A stretch of DNA of 32,000 nucleotides from an uncultured Chloroflexia bacterium (lineage in GTDB: Bacteria > Chloroflexota > Anaerolineae > Anaerolineales > Anaerolineaceae), in NCBI GenBank assembly GCA_963704755.1, contig OY969938.1, positions 4,839,624 to 4,871,623 on the forward strand, given 5' to 3'. The translations under genes and the position numbers were made by a program. Below the pieces are notes generated by a model. The model saw nothing but the letters and a program-made list of their open reading frames with translations. It ran no database searches and was not told where the DNA came from. Of this stretch, positions 1-8,639 are shown in pieces; positions within the stretch are counted from its first letter, which is position 1, and every line of letters begins with the position of its first letter.

Positions 1-129
1 CTCGGCTTGGGGTCCAACTGCCACGATTTTATCGGCAGATACAGCGACTGCCCCGGGCTCATAGACGTGATACTGCTCGTCCATGGTGAGAACTATGGCG
101 TTCGTCAGCAGTAAGGAAACATTTTCCAT
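1..129 (-). CDS. amidohydrolase-family protein, N-terminal fragment (gene runs off the window start)
   Basis: An ATG at 129-127 (reverse) opens a frame that leaves the window: MENVSLLLTNAIVLTMDEQYHVYEPGAVAVSADKIVAVGPQAE. This N-terminal pattern (L-x-N-A-x-I-x-T-M-D ... G-x-V ... I-x-A-V-G) is typical of metal-dependent amidohydrolases such as MtaD, SsnA and guanine deaminase. It starts 21 nt downstream of the cinA stop on the same strand. Confidence 0.45.
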   Translation of the reverse strand, partial: MENVSLLLTNAIVLTMDEQYHVYEPGAVAVSADKIVAVGPQAE

Positions 130-149
130 ATAATCCGGCGCTCCTGTTA

Positions 150-1298
150 TTATGGGATATTTCGACGACAAAAATCGAGGGTAGTGTTAATGGCCCAGCC
201 CAGCCCTAATTGAGGTGGCCCGCCGTAAGACAAGTCGTTCTTGAGGGTTCCTTTGGGGGTGATCAGAGCCAATTCGAGCTTCTGGCGAATCGGGCCGGGG
301 GTATAGATTGCTCCCAGAGCAGCCTGGGCCTGGTTATTTTGGCTTGCATCTGCCAGGCAGGTCTCCAATGCTTGCATATCTTGAGGCGTCTCTCCATTAT
401 CACTCGGGCAGACTACCTCCGGGCTTGTGGCCATTCTCCGGCAAATTCCGCTCTCCAGACCCCACTCCAGGATTGCCAGGCGCCATTTGCGCGTAGCCAA
501 AGCACGGCTCAGGACATCTTGTAAGGTTTCCTGGTCGTACCCATACACGGCATTGCCCACCCGCTGGCGGACAACTTCGACGACCCGTGAAATCATTTCG
601 TCGGCTTCCGCTTCGGATTCGGCCTTGGCCGTCACGCGGATATCTACCTGGCCGGGGTGGGCCAGCAGGCCCACGGTCGGGTTCTCCAACCGTTCCAGGT
701 CATCGATCCACTCGTCCACCTGAGATTCGCCTACGCCGGCCGTATGCACGACCAGGGCTTTGATGACCTCGTGTAGGGTGAACTTTTCGCGCAGCAAGGG
801 GATGACGCTGAGATCCAGAATGGTCTCCATCTCGCGCGGTACGCCGGGCATGCTGATCACCAGCTTGTGATTGACTTCGGCGTAAAAGGCCGGGGCGGTG
901 CCGACCGGGTTCTCGATCACTACCGCGCCGGCCGGCAGATAAGCCTGGCGGCGGTTATTCTCGGTCGGGTTGCGATGGTAACGTTGAAAACGCTCCTGGA
1001 TGACCTCCCAAAGCTCGGGGTGAAACTCGAGTTCGACCCCTAAGGCGTAGGCAACGGCCTGGCGGGTAGGATCATCCACGGTTGGGCCTAATCCACCGGT
1101 GGTGAGGATAATATCGGAGCGGGTCAGGGCTTCCTGTATGGCTTTACCGATTCTTTTGTCGTTGTCGCCAATAATGGTGGCGCGAAAGAAATCTACGCCA
1201 TGATCGCGTAATTTGCGGGCGAGGTAGGCTGTGTTGGTATCCTGAATCTCGCCCAGGAGTAATTCGGTACCGATTGCAATGGTCTCGGCTGTGGGCAT
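150..1298 (-). CDS. cinA: CinA-family competence/damage-inducible protein (MoCF-type N-domain plus CinA/PncC-type C-domain)
   Basis: The N-terminus IAIGTELLLGEIQDTNTAYLARKL...ILTTGGLGPTVDDPTRQAVA is the CinA/MoaB-like signature, and the length fits a two-domain CinA. The ORF track starts at a TTG at 1343. I prefer the ATG at 1298 (MPTAETIAIG), which matches the usual CinA N-terminus. Confidence 0.85.
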   Translation of the reverse strand: MPTAETIAIGTELLLGEIQDTNTAYLARKLRDHGVDFFRATIIGDNDKRIGKAIQEALTRSDIILTTGGLGPTVDDPTRQAVAYALGVELEFHPELWEVIQERFQRYHRNPTENNRRQAYLPAGAVVIENPVGTAPAFYAEVNHKLVISMPGVPREMETILDLSVIPLLREKFTLHEVIKALVVHTAGVGESQVDEWIDDLERLENPTVGLLAHPGQVDIRVTAKAESEAEADEMISRVVEVVRQRVGNAVYGYDQETLQDVLSRALATRKWRLAILEWGLESGICRRMATSPEVVCPSDNGETPQDMQALETCLADASQNNQAQAALGAIYTPGPIRQKLELALITPKGTLKNDLSYGGPPQLGLGWAINTTLDFCRRNIP

Positions 1299-1440
1299 GA
1301 TTAATTTACCTGATTTATGGATTATTTTTTTTACCACTGGCAATTTTACTGACCAATGGCAGTTTGATTTACATTGTATCAGATATCTTTCGGGGCAGTA
1401 GCGATTTTAGCGCGTGGGAAAGAGGTGGGCCACGGTTGAG

Positions 1441-1701
1441 CACGGATGGACACAGATTTTCTTAATTTAAGGAATCCTTAAAAAAACTTGTGGGTAATTC
1501 ACGGGCTCCTGTTAAAAAATTCCGAATTTAATAAGATAGGCAGCCTGGCTTTCCAAGCCATCGACCCGCACTGCCTCGCAGAGCGGGCTCGGTCTGGAGA
1601 TCGGCCCGAACGCCAACAATGGGATTTCAATGAAATGGCTGCGCACCAGCCATTTCATCGAAATCCCAATAAACATCTGTGTCCATCAGCGTAAATCCGT
1701 G
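1441..1701. other. Structured non-coding element bounded by inverted repeats (candidate small RNA or MITE-like insertion)
   Basis: A 13-bp perfect inverted repeat pairs 1445-1457 (gatggacacagat) with 1675-1687 (atctgtgtccatc). It extends by 4 bp (1441-1444 with 1698-1701) across a 10-nt bulge. Inside is a 21-bp hairpin (1621-1641 with 1647-1667, loop cgcac, one mismatch), smaller hairpins at about 1547-1560 and 1568-1586, and a 15-nt perfect palindrome TTAAGGAATCCTTAA at 1467-1481. The ORFs crossing it are not credible. Confidence 0.35.
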
Positions 1702-1736
1702 GCGGATGGCCATGAACCGAGGGTAAAATAGAGGGT

Positions 1737-2120
1737 ATGGCAGGAAAAACGGGTATTGGCAGGCATAACGCACAATTGGGCTCATGGGGGGAGCAGCGAG
1801 CAGTGGAATTCTTGAGGGACAAGGGCTACACGATCCTTGGCAGGAATATCCGCACACCTTATGGCGAGATCGACTTGCTGGCGCAGAAAGACGGCCAGGT
1901 CGTTTTCGTCGAAGTCAAGACCCGCAGCAATACCGCTTTTGGCGCACCGGAAGAGTCGATTACGGCGCTGAAGCGGGAGCACCTGATCGCCTGCGCGGAA
2001 TATTATTTGCAATCCATGGACTGCCCGGCGGAAGGCTGGCGCATCGATGTGATCGCTATCCTGGGGAAACCCGGCAGGAAACCCCAAGATATCACCTGGT
2101 TCGAAAATGCTCTGGCCTGA
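1737..2120 (+). CDS. yraN: YraN-family (UPF0102) endonuclease-like protein
   Basis: GEQRAVEFLRDKGYTILGRNIRTPYGEIDLLAQKDGQVVFVEVKTRS is the YraN/UPF0102 restriction-endonuclease-like core (E-x-D...E-V-K). The 127 aa length fits. It overlaps the miaA start by 14 nt. Confidence 0.85.
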   Translation: MAGKTGIGRHNAQLGSWGEQRAVEFLRDKGYTILGRNIRTPYGEIDLLAQKDGQVVFVEVKTRSNTAFGAPEESITALKREHLIACAEYYLQSMDCPAEGWRIDVIAILGKPGRKPQDITWFENALA

Positions 2121-3072
2121 TCTCTCCGCTCCGTTGGTGGTTATCCTTGGGCCGACCGGGGTTGGCAAAACCGACCTATCCCTGGACCTGGCCGAGCGCC
2201 TGGGGGGTGAGATTGTTTCGGCCGATTCGCGCCTGTTTTACCGTGGTATGGATATCGGCACGGCCAAACCGACCCGGCAAGAACGAACCCGGGTCCCGCA
2301 TCATTTGATCGACGTGGCTGCACCTGACGAAGTCTGGAGCCTGGCTACTTTCAAGCAAGCCGCCCAGGCAGCGATCCAGGTTGTGCAAGACCGCGGAAAG
2401 CTCCCGCTGCTGGTAGGTGGGACCGGCCAGTATGTACAGGCTATCCTGGAGGATTGGCAGATCCCCGTTCAGCAGCCGGATGAGCGTTTGCGGGAGGTCC
2501 TGGAGAATTGGGGTCGGCAGATCGGCCCGCTGGAACTGCACCGAAAACTGGCGTCCATCGACCCCCAGGCCGCCGCCAATATCGAGCCAAATAACGTACG
2601 CCGGACGGTGCGCGCTTTCGAGGTTATTTTTTTGACCGGACGCAAGTTCTCCGATCAACGCCGTAAAGGCCGGTGTAAATATTCGGTCTTGAAAGTGGGC
2701 CTGCGCCGGCCACGAAGCGATTTATATGCCCGCATCGATGCCCGTATCGACAAAATGTTTGCCGACGGGTTAGTGAACGAAGTATCCGGGCTGTTAGTGC
2801 AGGGGTATTCAGCGGAGCTGCCCTCGATGAGCGCAATCGGGTACGGCGAAGTCGTGGCCTTCTTGCAAGGGAAAATTAACCTGGAAGAAGCCAAGGCCCA
2901 GATCAAACGCTCCACGCGGATTTTCGTCCGCCGGCAGGCCAATTGGTTCAAGGAAAGCGACCCGAGCATCCACTGGTTTGATGCTCGGGCGGGTGTAGTC
3001 GAAGATGTTTATAAGCTGATCATCAGCGGAAAGGAATTTATTCCGGCAGAACCTTTACCGGAAAGTATTTAA
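2107..3072 (+). CDS. miaA: tRNA dimethylallyltransferase
   Basis: It carries the P-loop VVILGPTGVGKTDLSLDLAERLGGEIVSADSRLFYRGMDIGTAKPT and the later LVGGTGQY motif. The length of 321 aa fits. Confidence 0.93.
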   Translation: MLWPDLSAPLVVILGPTGVGKTDLSLDLAERLGGEIVSADSRLFYRGMDIGTAKPTRQERTRVPHHLIDVAAPDEVWSLATFKQAAQAAIQVVQDRGKLPLLVGGTGQYVQAILEDWQIPVQQPDERLREVLENWGRQIGPLELHRKLASIDPQAAANIEPNNVRRTVRAFEVIFLTGRKFSDQRRKGRCKYSVLKVGLRRPRSDLYARIDARIDKMFADGLVNEVSGLLVQGYSAELPSMSAIGYGEVVAFLQGKINLEEAKAQIKRSTRIFVRRQANWFKESDPSIHWFDARAGVVEDVYKLIISGKEFIPAEPLPESI

Positions 3073-4751
3073 TGGAAAAGATGCCCACAAAACCCTGGTT
3101 GAAACAATACAATTCATCGGTGCCGCCCACTTTGAGTTACCCAAACCTGGTCTTGCATGATTATCTGGCGCAAGCCGCCCGGCGTTTCCCGGAGCGGGCT
3201 TGCACGATATTCGCGGATCAGACGATCAGTTTTTCAGAAATGGAAGCCCTAACCGACGCATTTGCCGCGGCGCTGATACGCTGGGGGGTGCATAAAGGCG
3301 ATCGGGTGGGGATCATCCTGCCGAATATTCCCCAATTCGTCCTGGCGTTCTATGGTGTCCTGAAAGCCGGCGGAATTGTGGTGGCGATGAACCCGCAGTA
3401 CAAAGAACGGGAATTAACCTTCCAGATCGGCAATTCACAGGTCAAAACGGTCGTGGCGTTGGCCTCACTAAAAGAACTGTTGGAGACCGTCCGGGGGCAG
3501 ACGCCGATCGAATCGATTATTTACACCGAAGTTGAGGACGCCTCCGATTTACTGGATACAAGCCTGGCCGAATTTATGCCAGCGCGGCCGTGCTCAAGCG
3601 GCCCGGGGGACTGCTGGCTGACCACGTTTCTCTCTATCGGCCGGCAATACAAAGTGGATTTGCCGGTCCTGTCTGCGCAGGACCCGGCGGTTTACCAATA
3701 CACCGGTGGGACGACTGGCACACCCAAGGCCGCGATAGGACTGCACAGAAACCTGGTCGCCAACACCACCCAGTTCAGGAACTGGCTGTCCGGGATGGTG
3801 GACGGCCAGGAAGTGGTCATGACGGCGATCCCGCTTTATCATGTCTACGGGATGGTCATTGCGATGAGCGTGGGTATTGGCCTGGGGGCCAGCCTGGTGC
3901 TGGTCCATAACCCGCGTAACCTGGATGATATTCTGCTCGGCATTCAAAAATATAAGGCGACGCTGTTTCCGGGCGTGCCTAATTTGTACCAGTCGATCAA
4001 CCAATCGCCGGACGTGCTGGCCGGAAAAATCGACTTGAGCTCGATCAAGGCCTGTATCAGTGGATCGGCTCCGCTGATGGCGGAGACGAAGCACAAGTTC
4101 GAGGAATTAACCGGGGGAAAGGTGATGGAGGGCTACGGCCTATCCGAGGCGCCGACGGCCACCCATTGCAACCCGATGTACGGCGAAAACCGCAGCGGTT
4201 CGATCGGCCTGCCGCTGCCAGATGTCGATTGCCGCATCGTCGATCTCGAAGATGGGCGGACAGAGCTGCCGGCCGAACGGCCAGGCGAGCTGATCATTCG
4301 AGGCCCGCAGGTGATGGCCGGGTATCATAACCAGCCCGAAGAAGAGAAAATAACCTTGATCGACGGCTGGTTGCATACCGGTGATATCGCCCGCATGGAC
4401 GAAGATGGCTATTTTTACTTGGTGGATCGCAAAAAAGAACTCATCAAAATTAGCGGTTTCCAGGTCTGGCCTCGCGAAGTGGAGGAGGTCATTGCCTTGC
4501 ACCCCAAGGTAGCGGAGGTAGCCATTTCAGGAGTACCCGATCCGGTACGGGTGGAAATTGTGAAGGCCTGGGTGGTATTGAAACCGGGTGAAAGTATGAC
4601 CGCCGAGGACATCCGCGTATGGTGCGGCCAATACCTGGCGCGCTATAAAGTACCGGCCCAGGTCTCGTTCCGCACTGAACTACCTCGAACAAGCGTGGGC
4701 AAGGTATTACGCCGAGAACTGCGCCGGATGTATATCGAAGGGATTGAATAA
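3072..4751 (+). CDS. fadD: AMP-dependent acyl-CoA synthetase / long-chain fatty-acid--CoA ligase
   Basis: The AMP-binding motif YTGGTTGTPKAA, then GYGLSE, HTGDIARMDEDGYFYLVDRKKELIK and the C-terminal PRTSVGKVLRREL are present. Its ATG overlaps the miaA stop (TAATG). Confidence 0.88.
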   Translation: MEKMPTKPWLKQYNSSVPPTLSYPNLVLHDYLAQAARRFPERACTIFADQTISFSEMEALTDAFAAALIRWGVHKGDRVGIILPNIPQFVLAFYGVLKAGGIVVAMNPQYKERELTFQIGNSQVKTVVALASLKELLETVRGQTPIESIIYTEVEDASDLLDTSLAEFMPARPCSSGPGDCWLTTFLSIGRQYKVDLPVLSAQDPAVYQYTGGTTGTPKAAIGLHRNLVANTTQFRNWLSGMVDGQEVVMTAIPLYHVYGMVIAMSVGIGLGASLVLVHNPRNLDDILLGIQKYKATLFPGVPNLYQSINQSPDVLAGKIDLSSIKACISGSAPLMAETKHKFEELTGGKVMEGYGLSEAPTATHCNPMYGENRSGSIGLPLPDVDCRIVDLEDGRTELPAERPGELIIRGPQVMAGYHNQPEEEKITLIDGWLHTGDIARMDEDGYFYLVDRKKELIKISGFQVWPREVEEVIALHPKVAEVAISGVPDPVRVEIVKAWVVLKPGESMTAEDIRVWCGQYLARYKVPAQVSFRTELPRTSVGKVLRRELRRMYIEGIE

Positions 4752-4786
4752 CCTTTTTGCATACTCGCTCATAAAATGTTCTACCT

Positions 4787-4851
4787 CCGGATAAATAAAT
4801 AAAAAAGAGCCCTGGCCGATAGCCAGGGCTCTTTTTTATTTATTTATCCGG
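4787..4851. terminator. Bidirectional intrinsic terminator (30-bp perfect inverted repeat)
   Basis: ccggataaataaataaaaaagagccctggc (4787-4816), loop cgata, then gccagggctcttttttatttatttatccgg (4822-4851). A GC core stem is flanked by an A-run on one side and a T-run on the other. It lies between the convergent fadD-like gene (+) and ftsH (-). Confidence 0.8.
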
Positions 4852-4880
4852 TGTGACTGCTCAGCCTAGCGAGGAAGAAA

Positions 4881-4935
4881 CCCGAATTTGAGGTGCGTGC
4901 GGGGGCGGAGCCCCCGCACGCACCTCAAATTCGGG
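4881..4935. repeat. Palindromic repeat element, copy 1 (25-bp perfect stem, 5-nt loop)
   Basis: cccgaatttgaggtgcgtgcggggg / cggag / cccccgcacgcacctcaaattcggg. The outer arms are nearly identical to the element at 17652-17706. Confidence 0.8.
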
Positions 4936-4963
4936 AACTTCTTAACAGGAGCCTGAGTAGTTA

Positions 4964-6820
4964 CTATCCGGCTACCATCACCGGGACACCACTGCTTTTC
5001 GGGAAAGGAGGTGGGAAAATCGCCTCGAATTCATCGCGTGAGATCGTTTCTACTTCGATCAGTTTGGTGGCGACTGCATCCAGTTTGTCGCGGTATTGGC
5101 TGAGAATATCGCGGGCCTGGGCGTATGCGTCGCGGACCAGGGTGCGGACCTCGCGGTCGATCATTTCGGCGACTGCCTCGGAGTAATCACGCTGTTCCGA
5201 GATCTCACGACCCAAGAAAATGAGCTCTTCCTTCTGGCCATAGACCATCGGGCCCATCTCACTGCTCATACCCAGGCGGGTGACCATGTTGCGGGCGATC
5301 TGGGTGACCCGTTCGATGTCGTTGCCGGCGCCGGAAGTGATATCGTCGAAGACGATCTCTTCTGCTGCCCGGCCGCCCAAAAGGCCAACCATTTCAGCAA
5401 TCAACTTCTTGCGCGGCATCACCGTCCGGTCATCGGTCGGCAGGGCCATGGTGTAGCCACCAGCCATTCCACGAGCGACGATGGTCACTTTCATGACCGG
5501 ATCGTGCTCCGGCAGGGCGTTCATCACCACCGCGTGACCGGCTTCGTGATAAGCAATGATCTTCTTTTCGTCATCGCTGATCAGGCGGCTCTTGCGTTCT
5601 GGGCCGGCGATGACTCGCTCGATGGCTTCTTCGAACTCAGACTGCGAGATGCTCTTGCGGTTACGTCGGGCAGCTAAAATAGCAGCCTCGTTGACCAGGT
5701 TTTCCAGATCGGCACCCACAAATCCAGGTGTAGCCCGTGCCAGGGTGGAAAGCTCCACGCCCGGTTCCAAAGGTTTGCCTTTGATATGGACTTTGAGAAT
5801 GGCTTCCCGTCCGCGCACATCCGGGCGATCCAGTACAACCCGGCGGTCGAAACGGCCTGGCCGCAGCAAGGCCGGGTCCAGAATATCGGGGCGGTTGGTG
5901 GCTGCCATGATGATGATGTTGGTGTCGGTATCGAAACCATCCATCTCCACCAGCATCTGGTTAAGAGTTTGCTCACGTTCGTCGTGGCTTCCACCTAAAC
6001 CGGCGCCACGCTGGCGGCCGACCGCGTCGATTTCATCGACGAAGACGATACAGGGCGAATGCCGTTTGGCCTGGTCGAACAGGTCACGCACCCGGCTGGC
6101 GCCTACACCGACGAACATTTCGACAAATTCCGAGCCGGAAATCGAGAAGAAAGGCACACCGGCTTCGCCGGAGACGGCTTTGGCCATGAGAGTCTTACCG
6201 GTGCCGGGAGGGCCGACCAGCAAAACACCTTTGGGGATGCGCGCGCCTAATTGAATGAACTTCTGAGGCTCGCGCAGGAATTCGACGACTTCCTTTAATT
6301 CCTCCTTCGCCTCTTCAACCCCTGCGACATCGGTAAAGGTTACGGTAGGATGATCGCCGGTAAACATTCTGGCTCGCGATTTGCCGAAGGACATTGCGGC
6401 ATTATTGCTGCCCTGAGCTTGCCGGAAAATAAAGAAGAATGCGCCGACCAGCAGGATGAAGGGGAAGATGTAACCGAGAGCGGTCAAAATTCCTAACCAG
6501 GCACTGGGTGGCTTGATCAAAATCTTTATTTTGTCAGGAGATAACTGATCTTGGGAAACGCCATAATCCAAAAGTTGTTGTACCAGGGTAGCCGTCGACT
6601 CTTTCGTCGCTACCTGAGTAGAAAGGTCTTTGTAGGTAATGGTCAGGCGGTCCTGGTCTTCCTCGATCTTTGTAACCTTTTGATTTTTAATATCTTCAGC
6701 AAGTTGATTAAGGGTCACCTCAGAGGGGTTGCTGCGTTGATTTACGCTATAAACCAGCATAGAAATAATAGCGATAAACAGCAACACATAGACGATGTAT
6801 GATTGGTTGCGAGAACTCAC
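4964..6820 (-). CDS. ftsH: ATP-dependent zinc metalloprotease FtsH
   Basis: Two N-terminal TM segments, Walker [10 protein letters not shown], Walker B VFVDEIDA, the second region of homology (SRH) [20 protein letters not shown], and the zinc motif HEAGHAV. GTG start at 6820, preceded by GGAGGT. Confidence 0.95.
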   Translation of the reverse strand: MSSRNQSYIVYVLLFIAIISMLVYSVNQRSNPSEVTLNQLAEDIKNQKVTKIEEDQDRLTITYKDLSTQVATKESTATLVQQLLDYGVSQDQLSPDKIKILIKPPSAWLGILTALGYIFPFILLVGAFFFIFRQAQGSNNAAMSFGKSRARMFTGDHPTVTFTDVAGVEEAKEELKEVVEFLREPQKFIQLGARIPKGVLLVGPPGTGKTLMAKAVSGEAGVPFFSISGSEFVEMFVGVGASRVRDLFDQAKRHSPCIVFVDEIDAVGRQRGAGLGGSHDEREQTLNQMLVEMDGFDTDTNIIIMAATNRPDILDPALLRPGRFDRRVVLDRPDVRGREAILKVHIKGKPLEPGVELSTLARATPGFVGADLENLVNEAAILAARRNRKSISQSEFEEAIERVIAGPERKSRLISDDEKKIIAYHEAGHAVVMNALPEHDPVMKVTIVARGMAGGYTMALPTDDRTVMPRKKLIAEMVGLLGGRAAEEIVFDDITSGAGNDIERVTQIARNMVTRLGMSSEMGPMVYGQKEELIFLGREISEQRDYSEAVAEMIDREVRTLVRDAYAQARDILSQYRDKLDAVATKLIEVETISRDEFEAIFPPPFPKSSGVPVMVAG

Positions 6821-7019
6821 ATGTACCTCCGGTTTCAGGATAACCGAAACAGGTTCTTTCGTTGATTAGTCAACGAGATTATACCAATCTATTAAACCTG
6901 TTGCCAGTATGTGGATAAATATTGATATATTTATTATAAATCTCTTATATTCAGGGCCGGTGAAAAACCGGACTGAATTTTAGGCTTAGGGGTGGACCGG
7001 GTCGGTCAGCGCCAGGAGA

Positions 7020-8222
7020 TCAGGCTTGCAAGGCTTCCCAGGCCTGGTTGATGTGATTGCGGTCGTGGGTGGCGATGAATTCGACAATTTCCATGAGCGT
7101 GGTCGGGCCAAAGATGGCGTGACGGGCGGGTTCCTGCCAATCACCGGTCTGCAAATTGAGCAGCAGGTTGAGCAAGCCGGAGCGGGCTTCGGTAAACTCG
7201 ACCAGGGCTTTGGGACCGTTCTGGCTGACGTATTTCCGTTCCTCTACCCAGGGGTCCGTCATGACGGCCGGGATGAAGGGGTTGCTCCCGGAAAGGATAG
7301 TCTTGATCCGGTCGTAATTTACTTCGAGATCGACATCCCGAAGGTGGCAAAGGATCTCGGTGAAACTCCATTCCTGTGGCGCCGGCCGGTGATTCCACTG
7401 TTCTGACGACAGGTCGGTCGATAAATCCGACATGGCCGCAGGTGTGGATTGGAGCGTGGCGATCGAGGCGGTACTGCTGGTGTAGGCAGGGAGTACCTGG
7501 TCGGAAGAGAGGTTTTCCAGCCATGGGAGGATGCCGGAGATGGGGCCGCTTTGGCTGTCCGGATGGCGTTCGAAGGGGATCTCTGCTTCCGGATCTTCGC
7601 ATAGCCAATAGGTGGGCATGCCTAATGCTTCGGCAGGGTGAATGTCATCCTCCAGGCTGTTGCCTACCATCGCTACCGGGCCTTCGGGCCAGCGCAGCCG
7701 GGCCAGGATCTCGGCATAATAGGAAGGGTTCGGCTTGCAGAAATGCGAGTTTTCGTAGGTGGTGACCAGCTCGAAGGGAATGCGATCGACCGGCAGGTTA
7801 GCCCAACTCAGGCGCTGGTGAATGGCTGCCGCCGGGAAGAGCGGGTTGGTTGCAACAACGACCGTCCAGCCCTTCTGGACCGCGGACTGAACCAGACTGA
7901 CGGCTTCCGGGCGGGGAGACGTCAGGTGCTGGAGGTGCGGAAATTCATCGCGATAATAATTATGGATGGTTTCCTTCAACAGGCTTTTTTCAACATCGAT
8001 TTCGGCATAAAAAACCCGGTCGAACGTTTCTTCAAGCGTTCCCCCTGGAAACTGTTTGTGCAGCATGGCTTGAACTGCTTTATGCATCGCTGCCAACATC
8101 TTATCCGGTTCTTTGTAAGGGGAGAAAGCCTCTCCCAGGGTTGAAAAATATGCCTTTATAAAGACGTCTATATCATTGGTAAGCAGGGTATCGTCGAGAT
8201 CGAGGAGTAGGGTAAAGGTCAT
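7020..8222 (-). CDS. HAD-superfamily hydrolase fused to a C-terminal DinB-like domain
   Basis: The N-terminal half carries HAD motifs: LLLDLDDTLL (motif I), VVATNP (motif II) and MVGNSLEDDI (motif IV). The C-terminal half (WNHRPAPQEWSFTEILCHLRDVD ... ARHAIFG ... ATHDRNHINQ) looks like a DinB/DinB_2 four-helix metal-binding domain. It is one uninterrupted 400-aa ORF. Confidence 0.7.
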   Translation of the reverse strand: MTFTLLLDLDDTLLTNDIDVFIKAYFSTLGEAFSPYKEPDKMLAAMHKAVQAMLHKQFPGGTLEETFDRVFYAEIDVEKSLLKETIHNYYRDEFPHLQHLTSPRPEAVSLVQSAVQKGWTVVVATNPLFPAAAIHQRLSWANLPVDRIPFELVTTYENSHFCKPNPSYYAEILARLRWPEGPVAMVGNSLEDDIHPAEALGMPTYWLCEDPEAEIPFERHPDSQSGPISGILPWLENLSSDQVLPAYTSSTASIATLQSTPAAMSDLSTDLSSEQWNHRPAPQEWSFTEILCHLRDVDLEVNYDRIKTILSGSNPFIPAVMTDPWVEERKYVSQNGPKALVEFTEARSGLLNLLLNLQTGDWQEPARHAIFGPTTLMEIVEFIATHDRNHINQAWEALQA

Positions 8223-8554
8223 TGTTCGTTTTCAGTGAACTCCGGTGGTAAGGGGTGACAAAGGCCGCAGCCAACCTCAGGCTCTTTCACAACCTGGTGG
8301 GCTTTGTTGCAATAGCTTGAAACGATCACTTTCCGCCCTAACCCCAGAAAACCGCGCTTGACATTACCTTCCAGGACCATGTACGGGCATGCATTGGCTC
8401 GTAAAATAGCGGGTACCGGGCAGCTTTGGCACAAATCGGGAGTCCAGTTGTTGGGCGGTGGGTTATTCCCAATCAAACGGCATTCCTCGTGACTGCGTCC
8501 CCGGAAATAATCCCCAAAGAAATATTTGCACTCTGAACCTGCAGGGGTTTTCAA
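8219..8554 (-). CDS. Hypothetical Cys-rich protein (8 Cys, likely metal-binding)
   Basis: A 111-aa ORF with a TTG start 6 nt after GTGAGG. Its stop overlaps the ATG of the HAD-DinB gene (ATGA at 8219-8222). Cysteines occur in CKYFF, EECR, LCQSC, ACPY, YCNK and GCGLCH contexts. I do not recognise a family. Confidence 0.5.
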   Translation of the reverse strand: MKTPAGSECKYFFGDYFRGRSHEECRLIGNNPPPNNWTPDLCQSCPVPAILRANACPYMVLEGNVKRGFLGLGRKVIVSSYCNKAHQVVKEPEVGCGLCHPLPPEFTENEQ

Positions 8555-8571
8555 CGACGCCTCACTTTCTT

Positions 8572-8598
8572 AAAAATCCGTCCCCTGGAAAGGGGACG
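8572..8598 (-). terminator. Intrinsic terminator downstream of efp
   Basis: On the minus strand: cgtcccctttccaggggacgg followed by ATTTTTAAG. Confidence 0.65.
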
Positions 8599-8639
8599 AT
8601 TCGATTGTCATCCTGATCAAACTACAGCCGTATCAGCGT

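Noticed and set aside
1521-1530. The 10-mer TCCGAATTTA recurs at 1521-1530 and 9371-9380 and matches the start of the palindromic repeat arms.
   Set aside because: Only 9-10 nt match, with no flanking similarity, and the copy at 9371 overlaps the hpf stop codon. This may be chance. It is mentioned under the repeat finding but not called as a feature.
1581-1614. A hairpin, gagcgggctcggtctggagatcggcccgaacgcc, that superficially resembles group II intron domain V.
   Set aside because: The loop is not GNRA, and the helix lengths and bulge position do not fit domain V. There is no intron-encoded protein or other intron domains nearby.
1488-1857. Track ORFs 1488-1694 (+) and 1627-1857 (-) in the cinA/yraN gap.
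   Set aside because: Both read through the 21-bp hairpin and the inverted repeats, lack an RBS and have odd composition. The region is better explained as structured non-coding DNA.
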